From Mobula birostris (taxonomy: Eukaryota): a DNA stretch of 64,000 nt. The DNA lies in NCBI RefSeq assembly GCF_030028105.1, contig NC_092371.1, forward strand, positions 14,529,884 to 14,593,883. The letters run 5' to 3'. A model generated the notes under the pieces. It was not told the origin of the DNA and ran no database searches. It worked only from the letters and a program-made list of their open reading frames with translations. Of the stretch, positions 27,181-40,230 are shown piece after piece (position 1 is the stretch's first letter; the number at the start of each line of letters is the position of its first letter). A program made the position numbers and the translations under genes.

Positions 27181-28391
27181 TTCAGAGAGTGGTAGGTGTG
27201 TGGAAAGAGTTTCCAGTAGAAGTGGTTGAGGCAAATTCATTGTTGTCGTTTAAAGTTAAATTGGGCAGCTATATGGATAGGAAAGGAATGGAGGGTTATG
27301 GGCTGTGTGCGGGTCGGTGGGATTAGGTCAGAGTAAGTGTTCGGCACGGACTAGAAGGGCCAAGATGGCCTGTTTCCGTGCTGTAATTGTTATATGGTTG
27401 TATGTGTAAATGCACGTTGTTGTGCGCCTTGGTCCGGAGGAACTATAGTTCGTTTGATTGAAAGACTATGAACCTAAACTTGAACTTCAACACGTAAGTG
27501 AAGGCAAATATATTTAGGCCAATGAGGGTTATAAAGTGGTGTAATTAGTCTTCAAGATAGCCTCAGATGGCGCCGATAAATGGCGCCTCTTTGCGAGTAT
27601 CTCCGATGGGAATAGTCAACAATTCCCATTTAGGACTGCTACAGCTGAAATCCACAGCCATTGGTGCGTGAGCAAGTAACGTCGGCGAACTCCATTGGCG
27701 CTGCTTCATCTTCCGAGTGTTTCCAACATTCTCTACTTCTCTTGATGTTTTATTTGGCTTGCAAAATTCACTTGCATAATAATATAGATCTGGACATCTG
27801 GTGGCTGGAGATGTACATAATGTAAGACCATAAGACCAGAAGACATGGGAACAGAAGTAGGCCATTCGGCCCATAGAGTCTGCTCCGCCATTTCATTATG
27901 GCGGATCCGGGTTCCCACTCAACCCCATGCACCTGCCCTCGTGCTATATCCTTTCATGCCCTGACCGATCAGTAAACTGTCAACTCGCGCCTTAAATATA
28001 TGGACATGGTCTCCACTGCAGTCTGTGTCAGAGCATTTCACAGATTTACTACTCTCTGGCTTTACTTCTGTTCTAAATGGTCGCCTCTTTCTGCGACTAT
28101 ACCCCATAGCTCTACATACCCTACCTAAGGAAGCATCCTCTCTACATCCACCCTATCTAGTCCTTTCAACATTCAGTTCGTTTCAATAAAACGAACACGA
28201 ATTCTTCTAAATTCCTGTGAGTACAGACCCAAAGCGGCCAAACTCTCCTCATATGTTAATCCCTTCATTCTCTGAATCATCCTCGACATCATTTCCATTA
28301 CACAAAATACTCTGCAGATGCTGGTGTCAAGGCAACACTCACAACACGTTGGAGGAACTCAGCAGATCGGGCCGCATCAGTGGAAAATATT

Positions 28392-28427
28392 AGTCAACCT
28401 TTCGGGCCGGAACCCTTCGTCAGGACT
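28392..28427 (-). ncRNA. Minimal type I hammerhead ribozyme motif in PLE tail (variant stem III, GUU site)
   Basis: Minus strand reads AGUC-CUGACGA-AGGGUUCCGGCCC-GAAA-GGUU-GACU. Confidence 0.55.
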
Positions 28428-29999
28428 GGAGATGGAAGGGGCAGAGGCCCTATAAAGAAGGTGGGGGAGGGTGGATAGGAGAATGCTGGTAGGTTCCAGG
28501 TGAAAAACCAGTAAAGGGAAAGATAAAGGGGTGGTGGAGGGGAAGCAGGGAGGTGATAGTCAGGAAAGCTGAAGAAGGTTAGGGTGAAACACAATGGGTA
28601 GTAGAAGGAGGCGGAACCATGAGGGTGGTGAAGACTGCCAGGGAGGGGCAGAACGAAATAGGGATAGGGGAAGAGAGGAGAGGGAATTACCGGAAGTTGG
28701 AGAATTCTGTGTTCATACCATGGAGCTGTAGACTACCTAGAAGGTATAGGAGGTGTTCCACCTCCAACCTGAGCTTAGCCTCATCATGGCAGTAGAGGAG
28801 GCCATGTGTGGACATATCCGAATGGGAATGTAAAGCAGAGTTGAAGTGGGTGCCAAGTGGGAGGTCCTGTCTGTTGTGGCGGACGGAGCGGAGCTGCTCG
28901 ACGAAGCGGTCCCCCAATCTGCGTCGGGTTTCACTGATATAGAGCAGGCAGCACCGGGAGCACCGGATGCAATAGATGACCCAAGCAGTCTCACGTGAAG
29001 TGTTGCCTCACCTGGAAGGACTGTTTCGAGCCCTGCATGGTGACAAGAGAGGAGGTGTAGGGACAGGTGTAGCACTTAGGCTTACAGGGATAAGTGCCGG
29101 GTGGGAGATCCGTGGGGAGGGACGTGTGGATCAGAGAGTCGAGGAGGGACGGATCTGTACGGAACGCGGAGAGGGGTGGAGTGCGAAAGATGTGCTTAGA
29201 GGTGTGGTCCTGTTGAAGGTGGCGGAAGTTGCGGAGGATAATGTGCTGGATCTGGAGGCCGGTAGGGTGGTAGGTGAGGACAAGGGGAACTCTGTCCCTG
29301 TTGTGGTGGCGGGAAGATGGGGTAAGGGCCGAAGTGCGGGAAATAGAGGAGATGCGGGTGAGGGCATCATTGATGACGGCAGAAGGGAAACGACGATCCT
29401 TAAAGAAAGAGGACATTTGAGATATTCTGAAACGAAGAGCCTCATCCTGGGAGCAGATGCGGATGAGACGGAGGAACTGGGAATAGGGAATGGCATTTTT
29501 GCATTTGGTGGGGTGGGAAGAGGTATACTCGAGGTAGTTATGCGAGTCAGTGGGCTCGTAGAAGATGTTAGTGGATAGTCTGTCTCCAGGGGTGGAGAAC
29601 GAGAGATCGACAAAGAGGAGAGAAGTGTCCGAAATAGACCAAGTGAATTTGAGGGCTGGGTGGAAGTCTGAAGTAAAATCGATGAAATTGACGACCTCAG
29701 CATAGGTGCAGGAAGCAGCACCAATGTAGTCGTCAATGTAGCGAAGGAAAAGTTGGGAAGCAGCACCAGAATAGGTTTGGAGCACAGACTGTTCCACATA
29801 ACCAACGAAGATGCAGGCACAGCTGGGGCCCATGCGAGTTCCCATTGCTACACCCTTGATCTGAAGAAAGTGGGAAGAGCCAAAATAGAAGTTATTAAGT
29901 GCGAGCAACAGGAATTTGCAGATGCTGGAAATTCAAGCAACACACATCAAAGTTGCTGGTGAACGCAGCAGGCCAGGCAGCATCTGTAGGAAGAGGTGC

Positions 30000-30035
30000 A
30001 GTCGACGTTTCAGACCGAGACCCTTCGTCAGGACT
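30000..30035 (-). ncRNA. Minimal type I hammerhead ribozyme motif
   Basis: Minus strand reads AGUC-CUGACGA-AGGGUCUCGGUCU-GAAACGUC-GACU. Confidence 0.7.
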
Positions 30036-33000
30036 AACTGAAGGACGAGTGAGTAAGGGATTTGAAAGTTGGAGGGGGAGGGGGAGATCCAAAATGATAG
30101 GAGAAGACAGGAGGGAGAGGGATAGAGCCAAGAGCTGGACAGGTGATAGGCAAAAGGGGATACGACAGGATCATGGGACAGGAGGTCCGGGAAGAAAGAC
30201 AGGGGGGGGGGGTCCCAGAGGATGGGCAAGAGGTATATTCAGAGGGACAGAGGGAGAAAAAGGAGAGTGAGAGAAAGAATGTGTGCATAAAAATAAGTAA
30301 CAGATGGGGTACGAGCGGGAGGGGGGCCTTAGCGGAAGTTAGAGAAGTCGATGTTCATGCCATCAGGTTGGAGGCTACCCAGACGGAATATAAGGTGTTG
30401 TTCCTCCAACCTGAGTGTGGCTTCATCTTTACAGTAGAGGAGGCCGTGGATAGACATGTCAGAATGGGAATGGGATGTGGAATTAAAATGTGTGGCCACT
30501 GGGAGATCCTGCTTTCTCTGGCGGACAGAGCGTAGATGTTCAGCAAAGTGGTCTCCCAGTCTGGGTCGGGTCTCGCCAATATATAAAAGGCCACATCGGG
30601 AGCACCGGACGCAGTATATCACCCCAGTCGACTCACAGGTGAAGTGTTGCCTCACCTGGAAGGACAGTTTGGCGCCCTGAATGGTGGTAAGGGAGTGTAA
30701 GGGCATGTGTAGCACTTGTTCCGCTTACACGGATAAGTGCCAGGAGTGAGATCAGTGGGAAGGGATGGGGGGGGCGGGGGACGAATGGACAAAGGAGTTG
30801 CGTAAGGAGCGATCCCTGCGAAATGCAGGGGGGGGGGGGGGAGGAGGGAAAGATGTGCTTAGTTGTGGGATCCCGTTGGAGGTGGCGGAAGTTACGGAGA
30901 ATAATATGTTGGACTCGGAGGCTGGTGGGGTGGTAGGTGAGGACCAGGGGAACCCTATTCCTAGTGGGGTGGCGGGAGGATGGAGTGAGAGCAGATGTAC
31001 GTGAAATGGGGGAGATGCGTTTAAGAGCAGAGTTGATAGTGGAGGAAGAGAAGCCCCTTTCTTTAAAAAAGGAAGACATCTCCCTCGTCCTAGAATGAAA
31101 AACCTCATCCTGAGAGCAGATGTGGCGGAGACGGAGGAATTGCGAGAAGGGAATGGTATATCAATCGTCTCGACTTCACCGCACCTTGTCCCCATTCCAA
31201 CCTCACTCTTTGGAACGCTCTGCTCTCCATTCCCTCCGCACTAATCCGAACCTTATTATTAAACCCGCCGATAAGGGGGGTGCTGTTGTAGTCTGGCGTA
31301 CTGACCTCTACCTTGCCGAGGCACAGCGACAACTCGCGGATACCTCCTCTTATTTACCCCTCGATCGTGACCCCACTAAGGAGCACCAGGCCATTGTCTC
31401 CCACACAATCACCGACTTTATCCGCTCAGGGGATCTCCCATCCACTGCTACCAACCTTATAGTTCCCACAGCCCGCACTTCCCGTTTCTACCTCCTACCC
31501 AAGATCCACAAACCTGCCTGTCCTGGCAGACTTATTGTCTCAGCTTGCTCCTACCCCACCGAACTCGTTTCTGCATACCTCGACACGGTTTTATCACCCC
31601 TTGTTCAATCCCTTCCGACTTATGTTCGTGACACTTCTCACGCTCTTAAAGTTTTCGATGATTTTAAGTTCCCTGGCTCCCACCGCTTTATTTTCACCAT
31701 GGATGTCCAGTCCCTATATACTTCCATCCCCCATCAGGGAGGTCTCAAAGCTCTACGCTTCTTTTTGGATTCCAGACCTAATCAGTTCCCCTCTACAACC
31801 ACTCTGCTCCGTCTAGCGGAATTTTAATAATTTCTCCTTTGGCTCCTCCCACTTCCTCCAAACTAAAGGTGTAGCTATGGGCACCCGTATGGGTCCTAGC
31901 TATGCCTGCCTTTTTGTTGGCTTTGTGGAACAATCTATGTTCCGTGCCTATTCTGGTATCTGTCCCCCACTTTTCCTTCGCTACATCGACGACTGAATTG
32001 GCGCTGTTTCCTGCACGCATGCAGAACTCGTTGACTTTATTAACTTTGCCTCCAACTTTCACCCTGCCCTCAAGGTTACCTGGTCCATTTCCGACACCTC
32101 CCTCCCCTTTCTAGATCTTTCTGTCCCTGTCTCTGGAGACAGCTTATCCACTGATGTCTACTATAAGCCTATTGACTCTCACAGCTATCTGGACTATTCC
32201 TCTTCTCACCCTGTCTCTTGAAAAAACGCCATCCCCTTCTCGCAATTCCTCCGTCTCCGCCGCATCTGCTCTCAGGATGAGGCTTTTCATTCTAGGACGA
32301 GGGAGATGTCTTCCTTTTTTAAAGAAAGGGGCTTCTCTTCCTCCACTATCAACTCTGCTCTTAAACGCATCTCCCCCATTTCACGTACATCTGCTCTCAC
32401 TGAATCCTCCCACCACCCCATTAGGAATAGGGTTCCTCTGGTCCTCACCTACCACCCCACCAGCCTCCGGGTCCAACATATTATTCTCCGTAACTTCCGC
32501 CACCTCCAACGGGATCCCACCACTAAGCACATCTTTCCCTCCCCCCTTCTCTCTGCATTCCGCAGGGATCTCTCCCTATGCAACTCCCTTGTCCATTCGT
32601 CCCCCACATCCCTCCCCACTGATCTCCCTCCTGGCACTTATCCGTGTAAGCGGAACAAGTGCTACACGTGCCCTTACACTTCCTCCCTTACCACCATTCA
32701 GGGTGCCAAACAGTCCTTCCAGGTGAGGCAACACTTCACCTGTGAGTCGACTGGGGTGATATACTGCGTCCGGTGCTCCCGATGTGGCCTTATATATTGG
32801 CGAGACCCGACGCAGACTGGGAGACCACTTTGCTGAACATCTACGTTCTGTCCGACAGAGAAGCAGGATCTCCCAATGACCACATATTTTAATTCCACAT
32901 CCCATTCCCATTCTGACATGTCTATCCACGGCCTCCTCTACTGTAAAGATGAAGCCACACTCAGGTTGGAGGAAGAACACCTTATATTCCGTCTGGGTAG

Positions 33001-33343
33001 CCTCCAACCTGATGGCATGAACATGGACTTCTCTAACTTCCGCTAATTCCCCACCTCCCCCTCGCACCCCATCTGTTACTTATTTTTATGCACACATTCT
33101 TTATATCACTCTCCTTTTTCTCCCTCTGTCCCTCTGAATATACCTCTTGCCCATCCTCTGGGTCCCCCTCCCCCTTGTCTTTCTTCCCGGACCTCCTGTC
33201 CCATGATCCTCTCGTATCCCCTTTTGCCTATCACCTGTCCAGCTCTTGGCTCTATCCCTCCCCCTCCTGCCTTCTCCTATCATTTTAGATCCCCCCCCCT
33301 CCCACTCCAACTTTCAAATCGCTTATTCACTCTTCATTCAGTT

Positions 33344-33379
33344 AGTCCTGACGAAGGGTCTCGGCCTGAAACGTCGACT
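33344..33379 (+). ncRNA. Minimal type I hammerhead ribozyme motif
   Basis: AGUC-CUGACGA-AGGGUCUCGGCCU-GAAACGUC-GACU; predicted cleavage after GUC at 33375. Confidence 0.75.
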
Positions 33380-34569
33380 GCACCTCTTCCTACGGATGCT
33401 GCCTGGCCTGCTGCGTTCACCAGCAACTTTGATGTATGTTGCTTATTAAGTGCGAGTACCAGTTCCGCCAACCGGAGGAACTCCATTCCATTATCTACAT
33501 CTTTGACAAATAACATGAAAAGTAGCGGTTAACGTACTGACACCTGAGACCAATCGTCACCGCCAGCCAATCAGAAAAGGCCTCTTCTGCTCTCATTCCC
33601 AGCCTGCTGCCTGTGAGCCATCCCGCTATCCATGGTTGTATCCTTCTTGTAACACTGTAGGATTACATTTTGTTAAGCAGACTCGCGTGTGACACGTTAT
33701 TAAACGCCTTCTGAGAATCCAAGCAAATTACATCCACTGCCTGCCATTTGTCCACACTGCTTGTTGCTTCCTGGAAGAACTAACAGACTTGTGCAAGATT
33801 TCTCTTTGCAGTAACAATTCTGAACTTGACATATTTTATCATTAGTCTTCAAGTACCTCGAAACCTCATCCTCAGTGATAGACTCCAACACTTTCACAAC
33901 CACTGAGATTAGACGAACTGGCCTATAATTTCCTTTCTTAAAGTGTCAAAAATTTGTAATCTTCTAGTCCTTCGGACCATACCAGAGTGAAGCTATTCTT
34001 GAAAGATCATGACCAATGCATTTGTTAGATCTTCAACAACATCTCTCAGCCATCTTAAGACCTTTCAGTTTGCCTATCAATTTTTCATTTGTAATAGTAA
34101 TGACACTCACTCCTGCTCCGTAACACTCACGGATCTCTGGCATACTTTTAGTGTCATCCATAGTGAAGATAAATGCAAAGTACCCATTAAGATCATCTGC
34201 CATTTCTTTGTTCCCCATTACTACATCACCAGCATCATTCTCCAGTGGTCCAATATCAACTCTTACCACCCTTTTACTCTTTATGTAACTGAAATATTTT
34301 GGTCTCCTGCTTTATATTATTGGCTAGTCTGTCCTCAAATTTCATCCTTTATTTTCTTGTAGCTTTTTAGTTGCCTTTTATTGGATTTTAAAAGCTTCCC
34401 AATCATCCAACTTCCCATACAATTTTGCTATCTTATATGCCCTTTCCTTGGCTTTTATGCAGTCCGTAATTTCCTTTACACAAAATAATCTGCAGATGCT
34501 GTTGTCAAAGGAACACTCACAATGCGTTTGAGGAACTCAGCAGGTCAGACAGCATCAGTTGAAAAGATT

Positions 34570-34605
34570 AGTCGACGTTTCGGGCGGAAACCCTTCGTCA
34601 GGACA
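34570..34605 (-). ncRNA. Minimal type I hammerhead ribozyme motif
   Basis: Minus strand reads UGUC-CUGACGA-AGGGUUUCCGCCC-GAAACGUC-GACU. Confidence 0.7.
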
Positions 34606-35119
34606 GAAGGAAGAACTTTGGGGAGGGTTTGAAGAATGCCGGTAGTTGAAAAAAAACAGTAATTTTTAAGACAAAGGGTCGCCGAGACATCAACCGTCTC
34701 AACTTCACCACTCCTCTCTCCTGTTCCAACCTCACGCCCTCTGAACGCACTGCCCTCCACTCTCTCCGCACTAATCCAAATCTCACCATCAAACCTGTTG
34801 ACAAAGGTGGTGACGTAGTAGTCTGGCGGACGGACCTCTACCTCACTGAGGCCAAATGGCAGCTCTATGACACCTCCTCTTACTTACTCTTGGAACAGGA
34901 CCCCACCAAATAACATCAAACCATTGTTTCCCGCACAATCACCGCCCTTATCAACTCCGGAGACCTTCCATCCTCAGCCGCTAAACTCATTATTCCCACA
35001 CCCCGTATCGCTCGGTTTTACCTTCTCCCAAAGATACACAAGCCTGACTGTCCCGGTAGACCCATAGTTTCTGCTGCTCCTGTCCAACTAAACTTGTATC
35101 TGCCTACCTGGACTCAATT

Positions 35120-36571
35120 TTGTCACCCGTAGTTCAGTCCCTCCCTACCTACATCCGCGATACATCCCATGCCCTCCACCTCTCCAATAACTTCCAGTTC
35201 CCCGATCCCAACAGCTTCATTTTTACTATGGATTTCCAATCCTTATACATCGCCATTCCCCATCAAGAACGGCTCAAAGCCCTCCGCTACTTCCTGGATA
35301 ATAGAACTCACCAGTTCCTCACCGCCATTACCCACCTCCGGTTGGCGGAAGTGGTTCTCACACTTAATAACTTCTCTTTTGGCTGTTCCCACTTTCTTCA
35401 GACTATGGGTGTAACTATAGGAACTCGCATGGGACCCAGCTACGCCTGCCTCTTCGTTGGTTATGTGGAAAAATCTGTGCTCCAAACCTATTCTGGTACT
35501 GCTCCCGAAATTTTCCTTCGATACATTGACGACTACATTGGTGCTGCTTCCTGCACCCATGCTGAGCTCGTCAATTTCATCGACTTTACTTCAAACTTCC
35601 ACCCAGCCGTCAAATTCACTGGGTCGATCTCTGACACTTCTCTCCCCTTTATCGATGTCTCGGTCTCCATCTCTGGAGACAGACTGTCCACTGACATGTT
35701 CTACAAGCCCACTGACTCTCATAACTACCTCGACTATACCTCTTCCCACCCCGCCACATGCAAAAAGGCCATTCCCTATTCCCAGTTCCTCCGTCTCCGC
35801 CGCATCTGCTCCCAGGATAAGGCTTTCCGTTCCAGGACATCTCAAACATCCTCTTTCTTTAACGATCGTGGTTTCCCTTCTACGGTGATCAATGATGTCC
35901 TCACCCGCATCTCCTCCATTTCCCGCAGTTCGGCCCTCACTCCATCTTCCCGCCCCACAACAGGGACAGAGTTCCCCTTGTCCTCACCTACCACCCCACC
36001 AGCCTCCGGATCCAGCACATTATCTTCCGCAACTTCCGCCACATTCAACAGGACCACTAAGCACATCTTTCCCTCTCCACCCCTCTCCGCTTTCCGCAGG
36101 GGTCGATCCCTCCGCCACTCACTTATCCGCACGTCCATCGCCACGGATCTCCCACCCGGCACTTATCCCTGTAAGCGTAAGTGCTACACCTGTCCATACA
36201 CATCCTCTCTTGCCACCATTCAGTGCCCCAAACAGTCCTTCCAGGTGAGGCAACACTTCACTTGCGAATCTGTTGGGGTCATCTATTGCATCCGGTGCAC
36301 CCGGTGTGGCCCCCTCTATATCGGTGAAACCCGACGCAGATCGGGGGACCGCTTCGTCGAGCACCTCCGCTTCGTCCGCCACAACAGACAGGATCTCCCG
36401 GTAGCCATCCACTTCAACTCTGCTTCCCATTCCCATTCCGATATGTCCATACATGGCCTCCTCTACTTCCATGATGAGGCTAACTTCAGGTTGGAGGAGC
36501 AACGCCTCATATACCGTCTAGGTAGTCTCCAGCCACTTGGTATGAACATAGAATTCTCCAACTTCCGGTAA
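35120..36571 (+). CDS. Penelope-like RT plus GIY-YIG endonuclease, uninterrupted 483-codon stretch (5'-truncated)
   Basis: 'FTMDFQSLY', 'GTRMGPSYACLF', 'FLRYIDD', 'CYTCPY', 'VIYCIRCTRCGPLYIGET', 'RFVEH' and 'LGSLQPLGMN'. Confidence 0.85.
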   Translation: MSPVVQSLPTYIRDTSHALHLSNNFQFPDPNSFIFTMDFQSLYIAIPHQERLKALRYFLDNRTHQFLTAITHLRLAEVVLTLNNFSFGCSHFLQTMGVTIGTRMGPSYACLFVGYVEKSVLQTYSGTAPEIFLRYIDDYIGAASCTHAELVNFIDFTSNFHPAVKFTGSISDTSLPFIDVSVSISGDRLSTDMFYKPTDSHNYLDYTSSHPATCKKAIPYSQFLRLRRICSQDKAFRSRTSQTSSFFNDRGFPSTVINDVLTRISSISRSSALTPSSRPTTGTEFPLSSPTTPPASGSSTLSSATSATFNRTTKHIFPSPPLSAFRRGRSLRHSLIRTSIATDLPPGTYPCKRKCYTCPYTSSLATIQCPKQSFQVRQHFTCESVGVIYCIRCTRCGPLYIGETRRRSGDRFVEHLRFVRHNRQDLPVAIHFNSASHSHSDMSIHGLLYFHDEANFRLEEQRLIYRLGSLQPLGMNIEFSNFR

Positions 36572-36753
36572 TTCTCTCTCCGTCCCTTCCTCTATCCCTA
36601 TTTCGCATCACCTCCCTGATAGTTTCGCCTCCTTCTACTATTATCCTCCTGCCAATCACCTCCCTGCTTCCCCTCCCCACCCCCTTTGTCTTAAAAATTA
36701 CTGTTTTTTCCAACTACCAGCATTCTTCAAATCCTCCCCAAAGTTCTTCCTTG

Positions 36754-36789
36754 AGTCCTGACGAAGGGTTTCAGCCCGAAACGTCGACT
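36754..36789 (+). ncRNA. Minimal type I hammerhead ribozyme motif
   Basis: AGUC-CUGACGA-AGGGUUUCAGCCC-GAAACGUC-GACU. Confidence 0.75.
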
Positions 36790-38240
36790 AATCTTTTCAA
36801 CTGATGCTGACTGACCTGCTGAGTATCTCCAGCGCATTTTGAGTGTTCCGTAATTTCCTTTGTCAGCCACCGCTGCCATTTGAGACCATCGTCCTCTGTG
36901 GGACATATCTAACACGCGACTTGTGAGCTATTCCCAGAAAATTCAGCTGACTTTGCTCTTCCGTCATCCACGCCAGTATCCTTCTCCAATCCACCTCGGC
37001 AAGCTCCTGTCTCATGTCTCTGTAATTCTCTTTATTCCATTGCGATACTAATACATATGAGTTACGCTTCTCCTTTTCAAATTGGAGTGCGAATTCAATC
37101 ATATGATCACTGCCTCCTGAGTGTTCCATGACGTTAAACTCTCTGATAGGATCTGAGTTATTAGACAACACCAACTAGGCTTAAGCACAAGTTGCTTCAA
37201 AAAGCTGTGTCTCAGGCACCAACTAATACCCTGTCTTGCCATCCGACCCAAAATTGACTTTCTCAATCTCCATGCATATTGAAAATTCCAATTACAATTG
37301 TTGCATTACCGTAATTAAAAGTCTTTTGCAGCTGCATTTGCTATCTCAATCCCGCATCCTGGCTTCTAGTTGGAGGCGGATGTATGATTCCCAGAATACC
37401 TATACATGATTCTCATAATGTTTTATTTTCACACTTGCAATTTCTTAACTTAACCCAGAAAGATTCAACATTCCCTGACCCGATGTCAACTCTTTCTAAA
37501 GATGTAATTCCACCCCTTACCAATAGAACCAAACCACCAGCTATGCCTTCCTTCCCGTCCTTTCAAATCAAACTATATCGCTTGATGTTAATCTCCCAGC
37601 TCTGGCCTTCTTTCAAACACAACTCAATGGTTCCTACAACGTCATACCAACAAATCTCTAATTGCGTCACGAGTTTGTCCACTTCGTTCCGAATGCTGTG
37701 CGCATTTAAATACATCAACTTCATTCCTGCATTTTGCGCCCTTTTGAATTTTGCCCTGTACAATTTAACTGTTTGCTCTGTTTGCATGTATACACAATCA
37801 ATGGCTTGTTATTTCTTACGTTCATGTTATACCCATCATCTAGTTGTAAACATGCTGGCCCATCCTCAGCTCTACCATACTGGTTCCTATCCCCCTGCCA
37901 TATTAGTTCAAACGACTTCCAAAAGCTCTGATAAATCTGCCCGAAAGAATATTTGTCCCCCTCGGATTCCAATGCGATCCGTCTCTTTTGTACAGGTCTC
38001 ACCTGCACAGGAGAGGTCCCAATTATCCAGAAATCTAAATCTCTGCCCCCTGCTCCTATTCGTCAGCCACGTATTTTTCTGCCACCACCTTATTTTATTC
38101 TTACCCTCACTGTCGCATGGCCGAGGCAGCGATACAGAGATCACTAAATTTGAGGGCCAGCTTCTCAGGTTCCTTCTTAACTCCCTGTATTCTGCTCTCA
38201 TGACCTTCTTCCTTTTTCTTCCCATGTCATTGGTACTAAT

Positions 38241-39540
38241 ATAGAAACATAGAAAATCTACAGCACAATACAGGCATTTCGGCCCACAATGCTGTCCCGA
38301 ACATGTACTTATTTTAGAAATTACTTAGGTTTATCCGTAGCTCTTTATTTTCCTAAGCTCCATGTACTTATCCAGAGTCTCTTCAAAGACCCTATCGTAT
38401 CCGCCTCCACCACAGTCACTGGCAGCACATTCCATGGCCTCACCACCCTCTGCGTAAAAAAAAACTTGCCCGCACATTTCTTTTGTACCTACTTCCAAGC
38501 ATCTTAAGATGATGCCCTCTCGTGTTCGTCATTTCAGCCCTGGGAAAAAGCCTCGAACTATCCACACGACCAATGCCTCTCATCATCTTATACAACTCTA
38601 TCAGGTCACCTCTCATCTTTCGTCCATCCAAGGAGAAAAGGGCTACTTAGCTCAACCAATTCTCATAGGTCAATCTTCCCAATCCAGACAACATCCTTGT
38701 TAATCTCCTCTGCATCCTTTCTATAGGTTCCACACACTTCCTGTGTTGAGGTGACCAGAACTGAGCACAGTACTCTTAGTGGGTTCGACCAGGGTCCTAT
38801 AGAGCTGTAACATGAGCTCACCACTCTTAAACTCAATGTCGCGGTTGATGAAGGCCAATGTACCGTATGCCTTCCTGACCACACAGTTAACCTGCGCAGC
38901 AGTCTTGAGTGCCCTATGGACTCGGACCCCAAGATCTCGCTGATCCTCCACACTGCGAGGAGTCTTACCATTAGTTCTCTATTCTGCCATCATATTTGAC
39001 CTACCATCATAAACTACCTCTGACTATCTGGGTTGAACTCCATCTGTCACCTCTCAGCCCAGTTTTGCATCCTATCGATGTTTCGCTGTAACCTCTGACA
39101 GCCGTCCACACACTCCACAACACCCCCAACATTTGTGTTATCAGAAAATTGACCAACCCATCCCTCGACCTCCTCATCCAGGTCATTTATAAAAATCACG
39201 AAGTGAAGGGGTCCCAGAGCAGATCCTTAAGGCCCACTACTGTCACGGACCCTCATGCAGTATGTGAACCATTTACAACTACTTTTTGCCTTCTGTGAGC
39301 AAGCCAGTTCTGGATTCACAAAGCAACGCTCCTTTGGTGTCACACTTGATTGGTCCTATTCCCTCACGTCTTATCCTCTTGCTATTAACATACCCGCAGA
39401 ATGCCTTGGGGTTTCCTTAATCTCGCGCGCCAAGGCCTTCTCATTGCCTCTTCTAACAGACCTAATTTGATTCTTCAACTCCTTTCTGCTGGCCTTATAA
39501 TCTAGATGTCTATGATTACCCAGGTTTTTTTTTTAACCTT
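38241..39540 (-). mobile_element. CR1 3' portion
   Basis: ATAGAAACATAGAAA tail at 38241; decayed RT text ('FADNTNVGGVV', 'DLGVRVH'). Confidence 0.85.
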
Positions 39541-39550
39541 TCATATTATG

Positions 39551-40230
39551 AGAGGAGGAGAAGATGGCGGCGCGACGCAGCGCACGCGGTCGCTCCGAAT
39601 GATGTGGTATTTGTGAAGTAGGATGCCGTGCACAATCCTGATTTGGTGGAGACAGTCCTGAAGAAGCACAGAGGAACATCTGGAGAAACTTCTGAAATGC
39701 CTGCTTCGCTGCCGCTGCTACTCGGCGATCGAGTATGTCGGTACGGGAAGGCCCCAAATCCTCGGCTTTGCCCATTGCCTGTTGCCGGGGCCGGGGTCGA
39801 AGCGATCGGCAGCGATGGTGCTCGGTGACGGAGGGCTGTTCGGATCTCGAACCTTTCGGTCAGACTCAGAGTCGGACTGTGGTCGGGGTGCTTCCAGGAT
39901 GCTGCATCGGCAGGATTGCGGCGCTGGAAGCTCATGGCAGGGAACATTTCTCCCTTTAACTGTCTGCTTGAGATGATGGGACTTTCCAGAGACTTTGAGA
40001 CTATTTTTTTACGTGCCCATGGTCTGTGATTCATCAAATTACGGTATTGCTTTGCACTGTTGTAACTATATATTATAATTATGTGTTTTTTGTCAGTTTT
40101 TTTTTACTCTTGGTTTGTCTTCTTTTCTGTGATATCATTCTGAAGGAACAAATTGCATCATTCTTAATGTATGCATTACTAAATGACAATAAAAGAGTAC
40201 TGCGTGTCCACATAATATAATCTAATCAAA
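39551..40230 (+). mobile_element. Probable non-autonomous, SINE-like retroposon
   Basis: GC-rich 5' end with AAGATGGCGG (YY1-like), an AT-rich 3' part with AATAAA and a (TAATC)-like tail; non-coding. Confidence 0.35.

Larger units (their letters stand above)
29906..33442. mobile_element. PLE-B: inverted 3' arm (minus, 29906-~31159) joined to a long RT/GIY-YIG arm (plus, ~31160-33442), 14-bp TSD
   Basis: TTATTAAGTGCGAG at 29892-29905 and 33443-33456. 'PADKGGAVVVW', 'LRYIDD' and 'VIYCVRCSRCGLLYIGET' motifs. The long arm carries frameshifts and a stop. Confidence 0.92.
28300..33472 (-). mobile_element. Older Penelope-like element PLE-A (28300-29905 plus 33443-33472), interrupted by PLE-B
   Basis: ORF 28991..29908 has RT motifs 'GVAMGTRMGPSCAC' and 'FLRYIDD'; a GIY-YIG part lies downstream. 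Its 'LRLAELVLALNN' text continues at 33443-33472. Confidence 0.9.
34478..36847 (+). mobile_element. PLE-C: ~200-bp inverted tail plus long plus-strand arm, 14-bp TSD
   Basis: CCGTAATTTCCTTT at 34464-34477 and 36848-36861. Confidence 0.92.
27820..38240 (-). mobile_element. Fragmented CR1 LINE (pieces ~27820-28299, 33473-34477, 36848-38240) split by PLE insertions
   Basis: The minus-strand RT C-terminus, RT core, endonuclease and ORF1 esterase fragments lie in collinear order once the PLEs are removed. Internal deletions are present. Confidence 0.75.

Noticed and set aside
37384-38244. 286-aa plus-strand ORF
   Set aside because: It is the antisense shadow of a CR1 ORF1/ORF2 junction, with no splice or domain evidence.
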